From the IMG/VR virus record IMGVR_UViG_3300002641_002026: a stretch of 29,509 bases of DNA; one strand, written 5' to 3'. The notes beneath the pieces are model-generated. The model worked only from the letters and a program-made list of their open reading frames with translations, was not told the DNA's origin and searched no databases. Positions 8,541 to 16,449 of this stretch are shown here, one piece after another. Positions within the stretch are counted from its first letter, which is position 1. Each line of letters opens with the position of its first letter. Both the position numbers and the translations under genes were made by a program. This DNA comes from a virus.

Positions 8541-8755
8541 TTTGTTTTCTTACTTCTTACTGCTTTTTCAGTTTTAGTTTCTAATTTAGTATTTTCTTTT
8601 TTTTCTTCTTTAATGACTTCTATTTGTCTAACTAATCCTAAAGATATTAATTCATCTGCTCTTTCTTTAGATACTACGAATTGTTCTCCTTTATTGATTT
8701 GTTTTTTTAATTGTAAGTCATTATATGTAGTTATACATTCTATTTTTACTTTCAT
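8537..8755 (-). CDS. Hypothetical protein
   Basis: 72 aa with RBS AAAGGAG. Its ATGA overlaps the HNH start. Confidence 0.6.
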   Translation of the reverse strand: MKVKIECITTYNDLQLKKQINKGEQFVVSKERADELISLGLVRQIEVIKEEKKENTKLETKTEKAVRSKKTK

Positions 8756-8772
8756 TCTATATTCTCCTTTCT

Positions 8773-8968
8773 TTATCCAAATACTCTATCTATATCTTCT
8801 TGAGTTGCTTTTCTAGTTCCATCTGATGATTCTATACTAGATAATAGTATATTTAATAAACTAACAAATGACATTTCTTTCATATCATCAATAGTTATAT
8901 TTAATCTTTTAGCGAGAGCCATTATTTCATATTCATCTATTGGTTCATCACTTTGCGAATTGTTGGGG
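8773..8968 (-). CDS. +1-frame extension of the chaperone-like gene (putative gpGT-like C-terminal part)
   Basis: The frame is open from 8993 to TAA 8775-8773 and encodes ...SDEPIDEYEIMALAKRLNITIDDMKEMSFVSLLNILLSSIESSDGTRKATQEDIDRVFG. It has no SD of its own. C4 (8965-8968) and G5 (8982-8986) runs lie in the overlap window. Confidence 0.4.
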
Positions 8969-9310
8969 ATTTCCTTTATTTCCCCCTGATATGGGTGTCA
9001 CTGCTAAATCAATAACTTCATCCACCCACTTTACATCATCAAATAATTTTTCTATTCCTTTTAAGAAATCTTCAAATGAGCCTACTTGTTTAACATCAGA
9101 TTCTATTATCATTACATATGTTATTTGTAATAATATTTCTAAAAAGTCATCTAATACTGAGAGTATGTCATCGTTCTTTTCTCTTAAATCTTTTATTTTA
9201 TTAATATCTTGCATTAATTTTCTACCAGTCATGTCTCTATATTTGAATTGTGTTAATGCACTTGATTGCATAGTGTAATCTTTTCCACCAATATTAATTA
9301 TTTTTTTCAT
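8948..9310 (-). CDS. Putative tail assembly chaperone (gpG-like), 0-frame product
   Basis: The likely start is MKKIINIGGKDYTMQSSALTQFKYRDMTGRKL behind AAAGGAGAAATAATT. This N-terminal pattern resembles siphovirus chaperones. The ORF track starts at 9343. Confidence 0.5.
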   Translation of the reverse strand: MKKIINIGGKDYTMQSSALTQFKYRDMTGRKLMQDINKIKDLREKNDDILSVLDDFLEILLQITYVMIIESDVKQVGSFEDFLKGIEKLFDDVKWVDEVIDLAVTPISGGNKGNPQQFAK

Positions 9311-9340
9311 AATTATTTCTCCTTTACAATTATTTTTAAA

Positions 9341-9369
9341 CAAAATAAAAGAGGTTTTATTAAAACCTC
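9341..9369 (-). terminator. Rho-independent terminator at the early/late boundary
   Basis: Minus strand: GAGGTTTTA-A-TAAAACCTC followed by TTTTATTTTG. Confidence 0.8.
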
Positions 9370-9431
9370 AAAATAAATGAAAATCTATTTTATAGATAAT
9401 TTTCTACTTTACTATTATCTCATATAAATTC

Positions 9432-9460
9432 TATCATTTTTTATCATTTTCTATCATTTT
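9432..9460. repeat. Three perfect TATCATTTT units at 10-bp phasing
   Basis: Units at 9432-9440, 9442-9450 and 9452-9460. They read AAAAUGAUA x3 on the transcript and lie directly after the stop of ORF 9463-9669. Confidence 0.9.
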
Positions 9461-9462
9461 TA

Positions 9463-9669
9463 TTACATATAAATATGTTTTTCAAATTTTGTTTCATTAT
9501 CCCCTAATAATTTGCATATTCTTTTTAAATCTTTTTCATTCAGATAACATTCTAAGTACATAACTGAACTATTGCGATTCATTTCAGCATGATGCATATT
9601 CTTTTTCAAAATTTTTAAAACTATTTTATTATTTCTTTTTAATTTGGCATTCTCTAATATTCTTCTCAT
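9463..9669 (-). CDS. Hypothetical basic protein, last gene of the early operon
   Basis: 68-aa ORF in operon context. No motif recognised. Confidence 0.5.
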   Translation of the reverse strand: MRRILENAKLKRNNKIVLKILKKNMHHAEMNRNSSVMYLECYLNEKDLKRICKLLGDNETKFEKHIYM

Positions 9670-9681
9670 ATTTACACCATT

Positions 9682-9918
9682 TTAGTTGTTGCAAAGATGT
9701 GCTTTTGCATTTTTCTTTAAATCACTTAAATTAATTTCATATAATTTATAATCTTCTTCTAAATCAGATAGTCTTTCTTCTAACTTTATATTTTTTTTAT
9801 TTATTTCATTCATTTTTATAGTAGTTAAATAACTAATTAATAAAAATTCAATAATTATTAAGAAGTATAATATATTTCTAATAGTTATTAATAATTTATA
9901 TTTCATCTTACTTTCCAC
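9682..9918 (-). CDS. Small membrane protein with a coiled-coil tail
   Basis: 78 aa with one hydrophobic helix, ILYFLIIIEFLLISYL. Confidence 0.55.
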   Translation of the reverse strand: MESKMKYKLLITIRNILYFLIIIEFLLISYLTTIKMNEINKKNIKLEERLSDLEEDYKLYEINLSDLKKNAKAHLCNN

Positions 9919-10342
9919 CTACTTCAGTTTTAATTTCAATAGGCACTATTGCCTCAGGTCTAAATAATATTTCATAATTATATTTTGATACTTCATTATA
10001 TTCTAATTGTTCAACTATATAAGTCACTTCCGTTGTTTCTTTTAAAAAATGTTTTTGATATTTATCTTCTCCTACTTTACATGTCACTTCCAGTTGCTTA
10101 TCTGCACTATCTTCCTCTATTGAACAACAACCTGTAATTGAAAATAAATAAGAATCAGTTCTTAAATTTATAAATGTTATTCTTCTTTTAACTTTAAAAC
10201 TATCTGCCTCTTTACTTAAGTTGTAAGATACTGTCTCAGCATCAGTGCATCCAGTTAACAAACTAACTATAAATATAATTCCAATTATTGTAATTGCCGT
10301 TAAAAATATTTTTTCTATTTTACTTAATTTATTAAATTTCAT
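9908..10342 (-). CDS. Putative lipoprotein
   Basis: Signal peptide plus lipobox SLLTGC, followed by a beta-rich body. Confidence 0.7.
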   Translation of the reverse strand: MKFNKLSKIEKIFLTAITIIGIIFIVSLLTGCTDAETVSYNLSKEADSFKVKRRITFINLRTDSYLFSITGCCSIEEDSADKQLEVTCKVGEDKYQKHFLKETTEVTYIVEQLEYNEVSKYNYEILFRPEAIVPIEIKTEVGGK

Positions 10343-10647
10343 TTTATCCCCTCCAAATAATCTAATATTTCATTTATTTTAATTGCAGTTTTTTTCAAAC
10401 TATTATTATGCCTTGGGAAGTTAGAAATATTTAATTTTTCAGGTATTTTATGTTCTTGTGGTTCTTCTATTATTTCTACTTCATTGTTTAAATCTTCAAA
10501 AATAAACTGACTTTCAAATATATCATTTATATCATCACTTCTATAACATTTTTCTTTTTGTAGATAATATAAATTACCTTCATAAATAAATTTTTTTGGT
10601 GTTTCTTCCCCATTTGCTATTTTATTTAATAAATCTATTACTTTCAT
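10339..10647 (-). CDS. Hypothetical protein
   Basis: 102-aa ORF with coupled overlaps to both neighbours. Confidence 0.6.
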   Translation of the reverse strand: MKVIDLLNKIANGEETPKKFIYEGNLYYLQKEKCYRSDDINDIFESQFIFEDLNNEVEIIEEPQEHKIPEKLNISNFPRHNNSLKKTAIKINEILDYLEGIK

Positions 10648-10889
10648 TCTATTTCCTCCAAAACTATATTTTGTACTTCTTCTGCACTATCATTAAAATT
10701 ATATTCTCCATTTTTTCTTTCCATAGCATATAATTTTTTAAATGAATTATGTACCATACTTCCTACTACACAATTTTCTTTTTGACCTGTTCTAATATTT
10801 TTAAATTCTATTGTAGGTTGTTCAGAATATCCAATACATAAATATATTTCTCCATCTTTAATAAAATATTTTCCTAAATCATCTCTCAT
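10644..10889 (-). CDS. Hypothetical protein
   Basis: 81-aa ORF with RBS GGAGGAAAACG. Confidence 0.6.
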   Translation of the reverse strand: MRDDLGKYFIKDGEIYLCIGYSEQPTIEFKNIRTGQKENCVVGSMVHNSFKKLYAMERKNGEYNFNDSAEEVQNIVLEEIE

Positions 10890-11010
10890 CGTTTTCCTCC
10901 AATAATCTTAATATTTCTTTTAAATGTTTAATTGCTATATTACTTTTTTTATCAGAACTCATATAATTGTTTATGTATTTTTTTATCTTTTTTTCTTTAA
11001 ATTCTTTTTT

Positions 11011-11337
11011 TTATAGTTTTTCTTTATATTTACTTTCAAGTTCTTTTTTTTCTTGAAATAATTTATTTTCATTTGCTATACTTTTACTTTGATAATTTTC
11101 AAATCTATTTTTTAATTCAGTATATTCTTTTTTAATATCATCTTTTACTTGTTCATCATTTTTAAATATTATTTTAAATCTAATTTTATTTACTTCTCTA
11201 CAATAAGGACATTTGATATTTTTTTTACCATAAGAATAATCACTATAATAATCTTCATTTTCATAAATAAATGTTGACTTGCAATATTTACATTTTTTTA
11301 TGTATTGAGTTTCATTTTTTTTATATTCTTTAATCAT
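11011..11337 (-). CDS. Zinc-ribbon protein with a coiled-coil C-terminus
   Basis: CKYC...(22 aa)...CPYC four-Cys ribbon. Confidence 0.6.
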   Translation of the reverse strand: MIKEYKKNETQYIKKCKYCKSTFIYENEDYYSDYSYGKKNIKCPYCREVNKIRFKIIFKNDEQVKDDIKKEYTELKNRFENYQSKSIANENKLFQEKKELESKYKEKL

Positions 11338-11630
11338 TATTCTATTTCCTCCACACTTAATATTTTTAATACATAATATTCTTTATAAGGATTTGCTCCC
11401 CATTCAGGTTTACCTTTACCAAGTGTTAATTCTATATTACATTTCATTGATGGGCTATTTTTTGAATATCCATTTCTAAAAAGTATATCAAAATTGAAAC
11501 TTCTGTTATTCCTTTTCCATTCATTCATAAATCTAGTTATATAGTATTCTTTAATTTCTCTATATTCTTCTTTCTTTTCTCCTGATTTAATCATATCAAA
11601 CCATTTCTTCTTAATTGGTAGTGTTAACAT
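11337..11630 (-). CDS. ASCH domain protein
   Basis: The likely start is MLTLPIKKKWFDMIKSGEKKEEYR behind GGAGGAAATAGAATA, an ASCH-like N-terminal motif. The ORF track start at 11678 lies inside an upstream regulatory repeat. Confidence 0.65.
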   Translation of the reverse strand: MLTLPIKKKWFDMIKSGEKKEEYREIKEYYITRFMNEWKRNNRSFNFDILFRNGYSKNSPSMKCNIELTLGKGKPEWGANPYKEYYVLKILSVEEIE

Positions 11631-11662
11631 TATTCTATTTCCTCCAATAATTCTAAAAATTT

Positions 11663-11699
11663 TGTGTATCAAACTCATAAATCAACAAACTCATACACA
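11663..11699 (-). promoter_or_regulatory. Conserved hairpin element, copy 1 (7-bp stem, 23-nt conserved core)
   Basis: Plus strand: TGTGTAT-CAAACTCATAAATCAACAAACTC-ATACACA. The core matches copy 2 at 22/23 positions. Confidence 0.6.
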
Positions 11700-11737
11700 C
11701 AAGGTAAATTCAGCAGATATGATTTATTTTTAATACT

Positions 11738-12169
11738 TTATTTTGTTTCTTCTATCATTTCTAAAATATGATTTAATATATCTCTTGTATATTTTTTCTC
11801 ACTTAATCCTAATAAAATATTTCTTTTAAAATTTTCGTGTTCTATATATTCTTTTATCTTATCTAATAATTCTTTTTGTTTATCATTTATATCTTTTAAT
11901 AAATCTACTCTATTTTCTAATTCTTCTATTTTTTCTTTTTGTGTTGCAATTATATCAGTACTATCAAATCTTGTTTTATTTGTACCAAACTCTATAATTT
12001 CATATTTTTCTGTATGTAAGAATAAATCTAAATCACTTAACATTTTTAAATCATTATCACTAATAAACTCTTTTGCATAAGGTGTATGATGTATTAAATA
12101 TACTACTTTTGCAATTAAATCTTTATATTCATGACCTAATCTTTTACATTCTACTTTTTCTTCTATCAT
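11738..12169 (-). CDS. Hypothetical protein
   Basis: 143-aa ORF in operon context. Confidence 0.6.
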   Translation of the reverse strand: MIEEKVECKRLGHEYKDLIAKVVYLIHHTPYAKEFISDNDLKMLSDLDLFLHTEKYEIIEFGTNKTRFDSTDIIATQKEKIEELENRVDLLKDINDKQKELLDKIKEYIEHENFKRNILLGLSEKKYTRDILNHILEMIEETK

Positions 12170-12183
12170 ATTTACTCCTTTAC

Positions 12184-12453
12184 TTATGCATAACCTTTAG
12201 TTATTCCATATAATCTCCATTTGCCATCATCATAGTTGCCATATTCATAAATAAATCCCTCTAATCCTAAATCACTTATTACTCTTACAGGAAATTTTAC
12301 TTGTTCTTTTATTTCTTTTAATGTTAAATAATCATCATAATCACTTTTATTCCAAGTTAAATCTTCTATAACTCTATTAAATCCTATATAGTAAATCATA
12401 CTTCCATTTTTATATATAGTAGTATTTTCATCAACAACTGAATTTAATTTCAT
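12184..12453 (-). CDS. Hypothetical protein
   Basis: 89-aa ORF. Confidence 0.6.
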   Translation of the reverse strand: MKLNSVVDENTTIYKNGSMIYYIGFNRVIEDLTWNKSDYDDYLTLKEIKEQVKFPVRVISDLGLEGFIYEYGNYDDGKWRLYGITKGYA

Positions 12454-12689
12454 ATTTCCTCCAATAATTTATATATATATTCCAATTCTTGTGTATCAGC
12501 CATTGTAAAACATTTATATCCTACTTCTTTTGATACCTTTTGATTTACACAATGCTTATTTATATATTTTTTTATTTTATCAGTTATAAATCTATATTTA
12601 TATCTTTCCACTTGTAATTCACATATTACTTGTTGCAATTCTTCATATGTTGCTTTCACTAATGGTATCTCTATTGATTCTTTACTCAT
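12450..12689 (-). CDS. Hypothetical protein
   Basis: 79-aa ORF with coupled overlaps. Confidence 0.6.
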   Translation of the reverse strand: MSKESIEIPLVKATYEELQQVICELQVERYKYRFITDKIKKYINKHCVNQKVSKEVGYKCFTMADTQELEYIYKLLEEI

Positions 12690-12867
12690 TTATTTCCTCC
12701 GATAATTTCTCCACATAGTAAATAAGACCATCATATGCATATTTATTATGTGCTATATCATTCCTACCTACTATTTCATCTCTATATTTATCAGTTAAAG
12801 GATTATATATTACATATTTACTTCCTTTTGGTAGTTTTAATATATAATTTTTAGTGACTTGTATCAT
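12682..12867 (-). CDS. Hypothetical protein
   Basis: The likely start is MIQVTKNY behind GGAGGTAATT. The ORF track starts at 12879. Confidence 0.55.
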   Translation of the reverse strand: MIQVTKNYILKLPKGSKYVIYNPLTDKYRDEIVGRNDIAHNKYAYDGLIYYVEKLSEEINE

Positions 12868-12888
12868 AATTACCTCCATAATTTTTAA

Positions 12889-12919
12889 GTGCCAAACTCA
12901 TAACTCAACAAACTCGCAC
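12889..12919 (-). promoter_or_regulatory. Conserved hairpin element, copy 2 (4-bp stem, 23-nt conserved core)
   Basis: Plus strand: GTGC-CAAACTCATAACTCAACAAACTC-GCAC. Confidence 0.6.
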
Positions 12920-13031
12920 AAAAAATATAATAATAAAAATAGTATAAGTGCATAAATTCAAAAACAAAAAATAGTATTTATTGATTAAAGCATGTCATAA
13001 CAAATATTTAAACTGAGTTATTTTTAATTAT

Positions 13032-13463
13032 TTATTTATTTATAATGTTCTTTTTTATTTCATCTAATTTTCTATATATTTGAGCCTCTTCATAAGGCAC
13101 TAAATGAATTATTTTTTTTACTGGATATTTATCTAAATATTTATATACATATATTTTGTCTATCCATTCTTTACTTTCTCTTAATTCCTTTTCTTTTATA
13201 TCTAATAATTTTTTTCTATCTTCTGATATTTTTATAATTTCATTTAGTCTTTTATCTATTTGTTTCTTATCTTTTAAGACTAAATAATCATCAAAGGAAT
13301 TACTAGGTTTACCACCCTCTACACAAATTTTGTCGAACTTTGTCGATTTTGGTTGAGTCTTTTCAAACAATAATTCTTTTTCTTCAAGAATCTGATTATA
13401 CAATCTCTGAACTTTATAATAATTTTTCTTACATTCTTCATACCCTATATATACATTACTCAT
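13032..13463 (-). CDS. Putative phage transcriptional regulator (sigma region-4 / RinA-ArpU-like C-terminal HTH)
   Basis: The C-terminus IYVYKYLDKYPVKKIIHLVPYEEAQIYRKLDEIKK resembles small phage sigma-like activators. The likely start is MSNVYIGY behind GGAG. Confidence 0.4.
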   Translation of the reverse strand: MSNVYIGYEECKKNYYKVQRLYNQILEEKELLFEKTQPKSTKFDKICVEGGKPSNSFDDYLVLKDKKQIDKRLNEIIKISEDRKKLLDIKEKELRESKEWIDKIYVYKYLDKYPVKKIIHLVPYEEAQIYRKLDEIKKNIINK

Positions 13464-13719
13464 AATATTCTCCATTATATTCACTTGCATTCATATAATA
13501 GTTATCCCATAGAGATTCATTTTCATATCTTAATTTTATAATTTCAGTTCCTTGATTTTTAATTATTTCATCTTTCTTTTCAATTTGTTTTTTATAATCA
13601 TTTATAATTAATTGATTATCTCTTTCATTTACTTTTATTGTTGCAAATAGACCTATTATAATTAAAATTAATCCTATAAATATAAGAGTATGTGCTAGTT
13701 TTTTACTCACATTAATCAC
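13456..13719 (-). CDS. Membrane-anchored coiled-coil protein
   Basis: 87 aa with N-terminal TM helix LIFIGLILIIIGLFATI. Confidence 0.55.
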   Translation of the reverse strand: MINVSKKLAHTLIFIGLILIIIGLFATIKVNERDNQLIINDYKKQIEKKDEIIKNQGTEIIKLRYENESLWDNYYMNASEYNGEYYE

Positions 13720-13730
13720 CTGCCTTATTT

Positions 13731-13985
13731 TTAATCATCAAAATTACCTTGTAGAATATTTAATATAATATCTAATGCTGATTCATCAGGAAATTTAGAT
13801 TTTAGACTTCTTACATATAAATCAGCATGTGTTATTATATTTCGTGATATTTCATTATCTCTTTTTAACATCTTATTTTCATCAGATAATTTGATATTAG
13901 CCTCTAGCATATTTTTATCTACTTTTTTCTCTTGAACTTTTCTAGCAGTTTCTAAACTTAAAAATTCACCTTTCATTTTATTCAC
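13731..13985 (-). CDS. Hypothetical protein
   Basis: 84-aa ORF. Confidence 0.55.
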   Translation of the reverse strand: MNKMKGEFLSLETARKVQEKKVDKNMLEANIKLSDENKMLKRDNEISRNIITHADLYVRSLKSKFPDESALDIILNILQGNFDD

Positions 13986-13991
13986 CTCTTT

Positions 13992-14348
13992 TTATTCTTT
14001 TGGCATTTCGTAATACACAATATTTGGATTTAGTGGATTTATATCATACATTGGTGGGTTCATTATAAATTCACCATTATATTCTTTTTCAAGATAAATT
14101 CTTTCTTTTTCCATATCTGATTTTCTCATCAAACCATTCATTTTAACAAGATATTGATTTTTTACCTTATTACTAATTTCATCTAATACTTCTAATGCTC
14201 TTTCCTTTGTTTTATATATTCCTAATGTATAAGTATCAACAATGAAATAATTTATTTCGTTATTTTCATTTCTATCTTCTCTTATAACTAAATCATGTGC
14301 TTTACTTAATATTGTTTTATTTTGACTTCTAATCCATAATTCCATCAT
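13992..14348 (-). CDS. Hypothetical phage protein
   Basis: 118-aa ORF. Confidence 0.6.
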   Translation of the reverse strand: MMELWIRSQNKTILSKAHDLVIREDRNENNEINYFIVDTYTLGIYKTKERALEVLDEISNKVKNQYLVKMNGLMRKSDMEKERIYLEKEYNGEFIMNPPMYDINPLNPNIVYYEMPKE

Positions 14349-14533
14349 TTCACCTCTTTGCTTTTTAATTCATTTATTGTTTTTGATAAATTATTATTTT
14401 CTTTTTGCAAATAATAAATAATTCCCATAATATAATCAAATTTTAAAAGTCTTATATAATAAATATCACGATGCATATAATCAACTATAATATCTTTATT
14501 TTTTTCTATAAATTCTAATTCTTGTTCAGACAT
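14345..14533 (-). CDS. Hypothetical protein
   Basis: 62-aa ORF with coupled overlap. Confidence 0.5.
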   Translation of the reverse strand: MSEQELEFIEKNKDIIVDYMHRDIYYIRLLKFDYIMGIIYYLQKENNNLSKTINELKSKEVK

Positions 14534-14535
14534 AA

Positions 14536-15378
14536 TTAATACTTAATCCTTTCTAATTTGTTTTTCTTTTCTTTGTTAGATGTCATAGTATATATTGCAG
14601 TAGTTTTTATATCATTGTGTCCTAATATATCTCTTAACTCATCTAAATCAATTCCACTTTCTTTACATTTCTTAGCAAATAAATGTCGCCATGCATGAGG
14701 ATGTATTTTGTTAGGATTTATTTTTGCCGACTTAGATATTTTTTTTAATCTTCGCCAAATAGTACTATTATTTAACATCTGACCTTTTTTTACTGGACTA
14801 ACAAATATATAGCCACTCTTAATCTTATTTTCTTTACAATAATTCTTTAATTCTCTTCTTAATTCGTTAGTCATAATAAGAGTTCTTTCCTTACCTTTGT
14901 TGTAAGCACCTTTTATAAAATTACTATCTAGCGATTCTACTGTGAAATACTTTAATTCATCTATTCTTGCTCCTGAATGAGCAAATACTTTAATTATGTA
15001 ATACATATCCATCATATTTAATTTTTTTGCCCATCTTAGCATTCTTTTATGTTCTTGTTCCCATATAGGGTCATCAATAGATGTTTTTTGTTGTTCTTTA
15101 AATTTCTTTAATGTGCAATTATCTAATTTTAAATATTTTAAAAATTTATTAATTATAACAATGTATTTATTTTTTGATTTAACTTTAAATCCTTTTTCAG
15201 TTAAATCTTCTTTAAAATCTATCATCAGACTTTTTGTTATTTCAAATTCATCAGGCAAGAAGTCAATTAACTTATTAACTGCATTTCTATAATCAACTAT
15301 TGTTCTTCTTGATTTTTCATCTAATCTTTCAGTATCAATAAAATTATCTAATTCTTTTTTTATTGATTCTTTAGTCAT
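14536..15378 (-). CDS. Tyrosine site-specific recombinase (Xer/phage-integrase family)
   Basis: 280 aa. The catalytic set is readable: GARIDEL (Arg), HPHAWRH (His-x-x-Arg), LGHNDIKTT (His) and AIYT (Tyr). There is an N-terminal SAM-like core-binding domain. Confidence 0.88.
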   Translation of the reverse strand: MTKESIKKELDNFIDTERLDEKSRRTIVDYRNAVNKLIDFLPDEFEITKSLMIDFKEDLTEKGFKVKSKNKYIVIINKFLKYLKLDNCTLKKFKEQQKTSIDDPIWEQEHKRMLRWAKKLNMMDMYYIIKVFAHSGARIDELKYFTVESLDSNFIKGAYNKGKERTLIMTNELRRELKNYCKENKIKSGYIFVSPVKKGQMLNNSTIWRRLKKISKSAKINPNKIHPHAWRHLFAKKCKESGIDLDELRDILGHNDIKTTAIYTMTSNKEKKNKLERIKY

Positions 15379-15512
15379 ATTAACTTCACCTCTTTTTTTC
15401 TCTTTATATCACTAGCAAGATAACCATAATATTATATTGCACCTATCAAATATCTATCTTTGCTTTATTTAATAAGGTTTTTTTAGCATTTTTTAATAAT
15501 CTATACTTTTTG

Positions 15513-15713
15513 CTATTTTTTGATAGGTTTTATTTTTGATAAATCAACTAATGAACTACCACTTTTATCAGATGAACATGTATTAATAATTGGTTTTGGA
15601 AATAAATTTTCTTTAAAATAGAAAAATGTATTTAATACTTCTTCTTTAGTAGATGAAGTGTCCTTTTTGGATTCAATATATATTCTAGTAAGTTCAACTG
15701 CTATATCATTCAT
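15513..15713 (-). CDS. Hypothetical protein
   Basis: 66-aa ORF. Confidence 0.5.
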   Translation of the reverse strand: MNDIAVELTRIYIESKKDTSSTKEEVLNTFFYFKENLFPKPIINTCSSDKSGSSLVDLSKIKPIKK

Positions 15714-15924
15714 ATAATTTTTCCTTTTCTATACATCTCTTTGATACAATTTCTATAGTGTTTTTTAATACAACATATTTTTTATCAAACCCAATGCTAT
15801 AAAACTCATCTTCTATTTGATTTGGAATAAAATTAATAATTACATTTTCATCTTTTTCTATTTCTTTTAATTCTTTTATTATTTTTTTAATAGTTTCTTT
15901 ATTGTTATTAACCATTTTCATCAC
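15706..15924 (-). CDS. Hypothetical protein
   Basis: 72-aa ORF. Confidence 0.5.
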   Translation of the reverse strand: MMKMVNNNKETIKKIIKELKEIEKDENVIINFIPNQIEDEFYSIGFDKKYVVLKNTIEIVSKRCIEKEKLYE

Positions 15925-15931
15925 CTGCTAT

Positions 15932-16168
15932 TTATAAACCATGTATTGCATTATACTGCCATTCTTGTTCTTCTTCTGATAGATATTTATGTCTAACCAT
16001 GTATCTTTGAATATCTTCTTCTTTATATTCTCGTATAGAATTATAATTTCTTACATATACTTCGTAGTAAAACTCTTTGCCATTAGGTATAGGATGAATC
16101 CAACATTTTACGATTACACCTATTTGATTATCTTCAACAACTACAATATCACCAAATGTAAATTTCAT
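15932..16168 (-). CDS. Hypothetical protein
   Basis: 78-aa ORF. Confidence 0.55.
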   Translation of the reverse strand: MKFTFGDIVVVEDNQIGVIVKCWIHPIPNGKEFYYEVYVRNYNSIREYKEEDIQRYMVRHKYLSEEEQEWQYNAIHGL

Positions 16169-16449
16169 GATTTTACCTCTTTCTTATATGCTATTTTTAA
16201 TTCATTTGTTAATTCATCTATTATTTCTTTGCTTTCTTTTATTTGCTTTTCTACTTCTTTATATTTCTTATGTTCATTTAAAAATTTAGTTTTATAACTC
16301 ATATCTTTATATTCATTTAATATAGTCATTTGATATGCTTGGGCTTGTGCTAATGTATTTAAAATATTATGTATTTCTTTTATTTCTTTTTTTAAACTTT
16401 TTTTACATTCAATACTGAGTTTTAAATATTTAATTATTAAATCTTTCAT
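16165..16449 (-). CDS. Hypothetical coiled-coil protein
   Basis: 94-aa ORF with coupled overlaps. Confidence 0.55.
   Translation of the reverse strand: MKDLIIKYLKLSIECKKSLKKEIKEIHNILNTLAQAQAYQMTILNEYKDMSYKTKFLNEHKKYKEVEKQIKESKEIIDELTNELKIAYKKEVKS

Noticed and set aside
8463-9278. Plus-strand ORFs 8463-8816 and 8940-9278.
   Set aside because: They are antisense to the HNH gene, the 72-aa gene and the chaperone-like gene. The translations are hydrophobic, low-complexity shadow ORFs with no RBS.
10890-11010. A possible third copy of the conserved early hairpin element (ATCAGAACTCATATAATTG, similar to ATCAAACTCATAAATCA).
   Set aside because: Only one half of the core matches (about 12 of 13 nt). 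There are no flanking complementary arms, and the second GAGTTTG unit is missing. I treated it as chance or as a degenerate relic.
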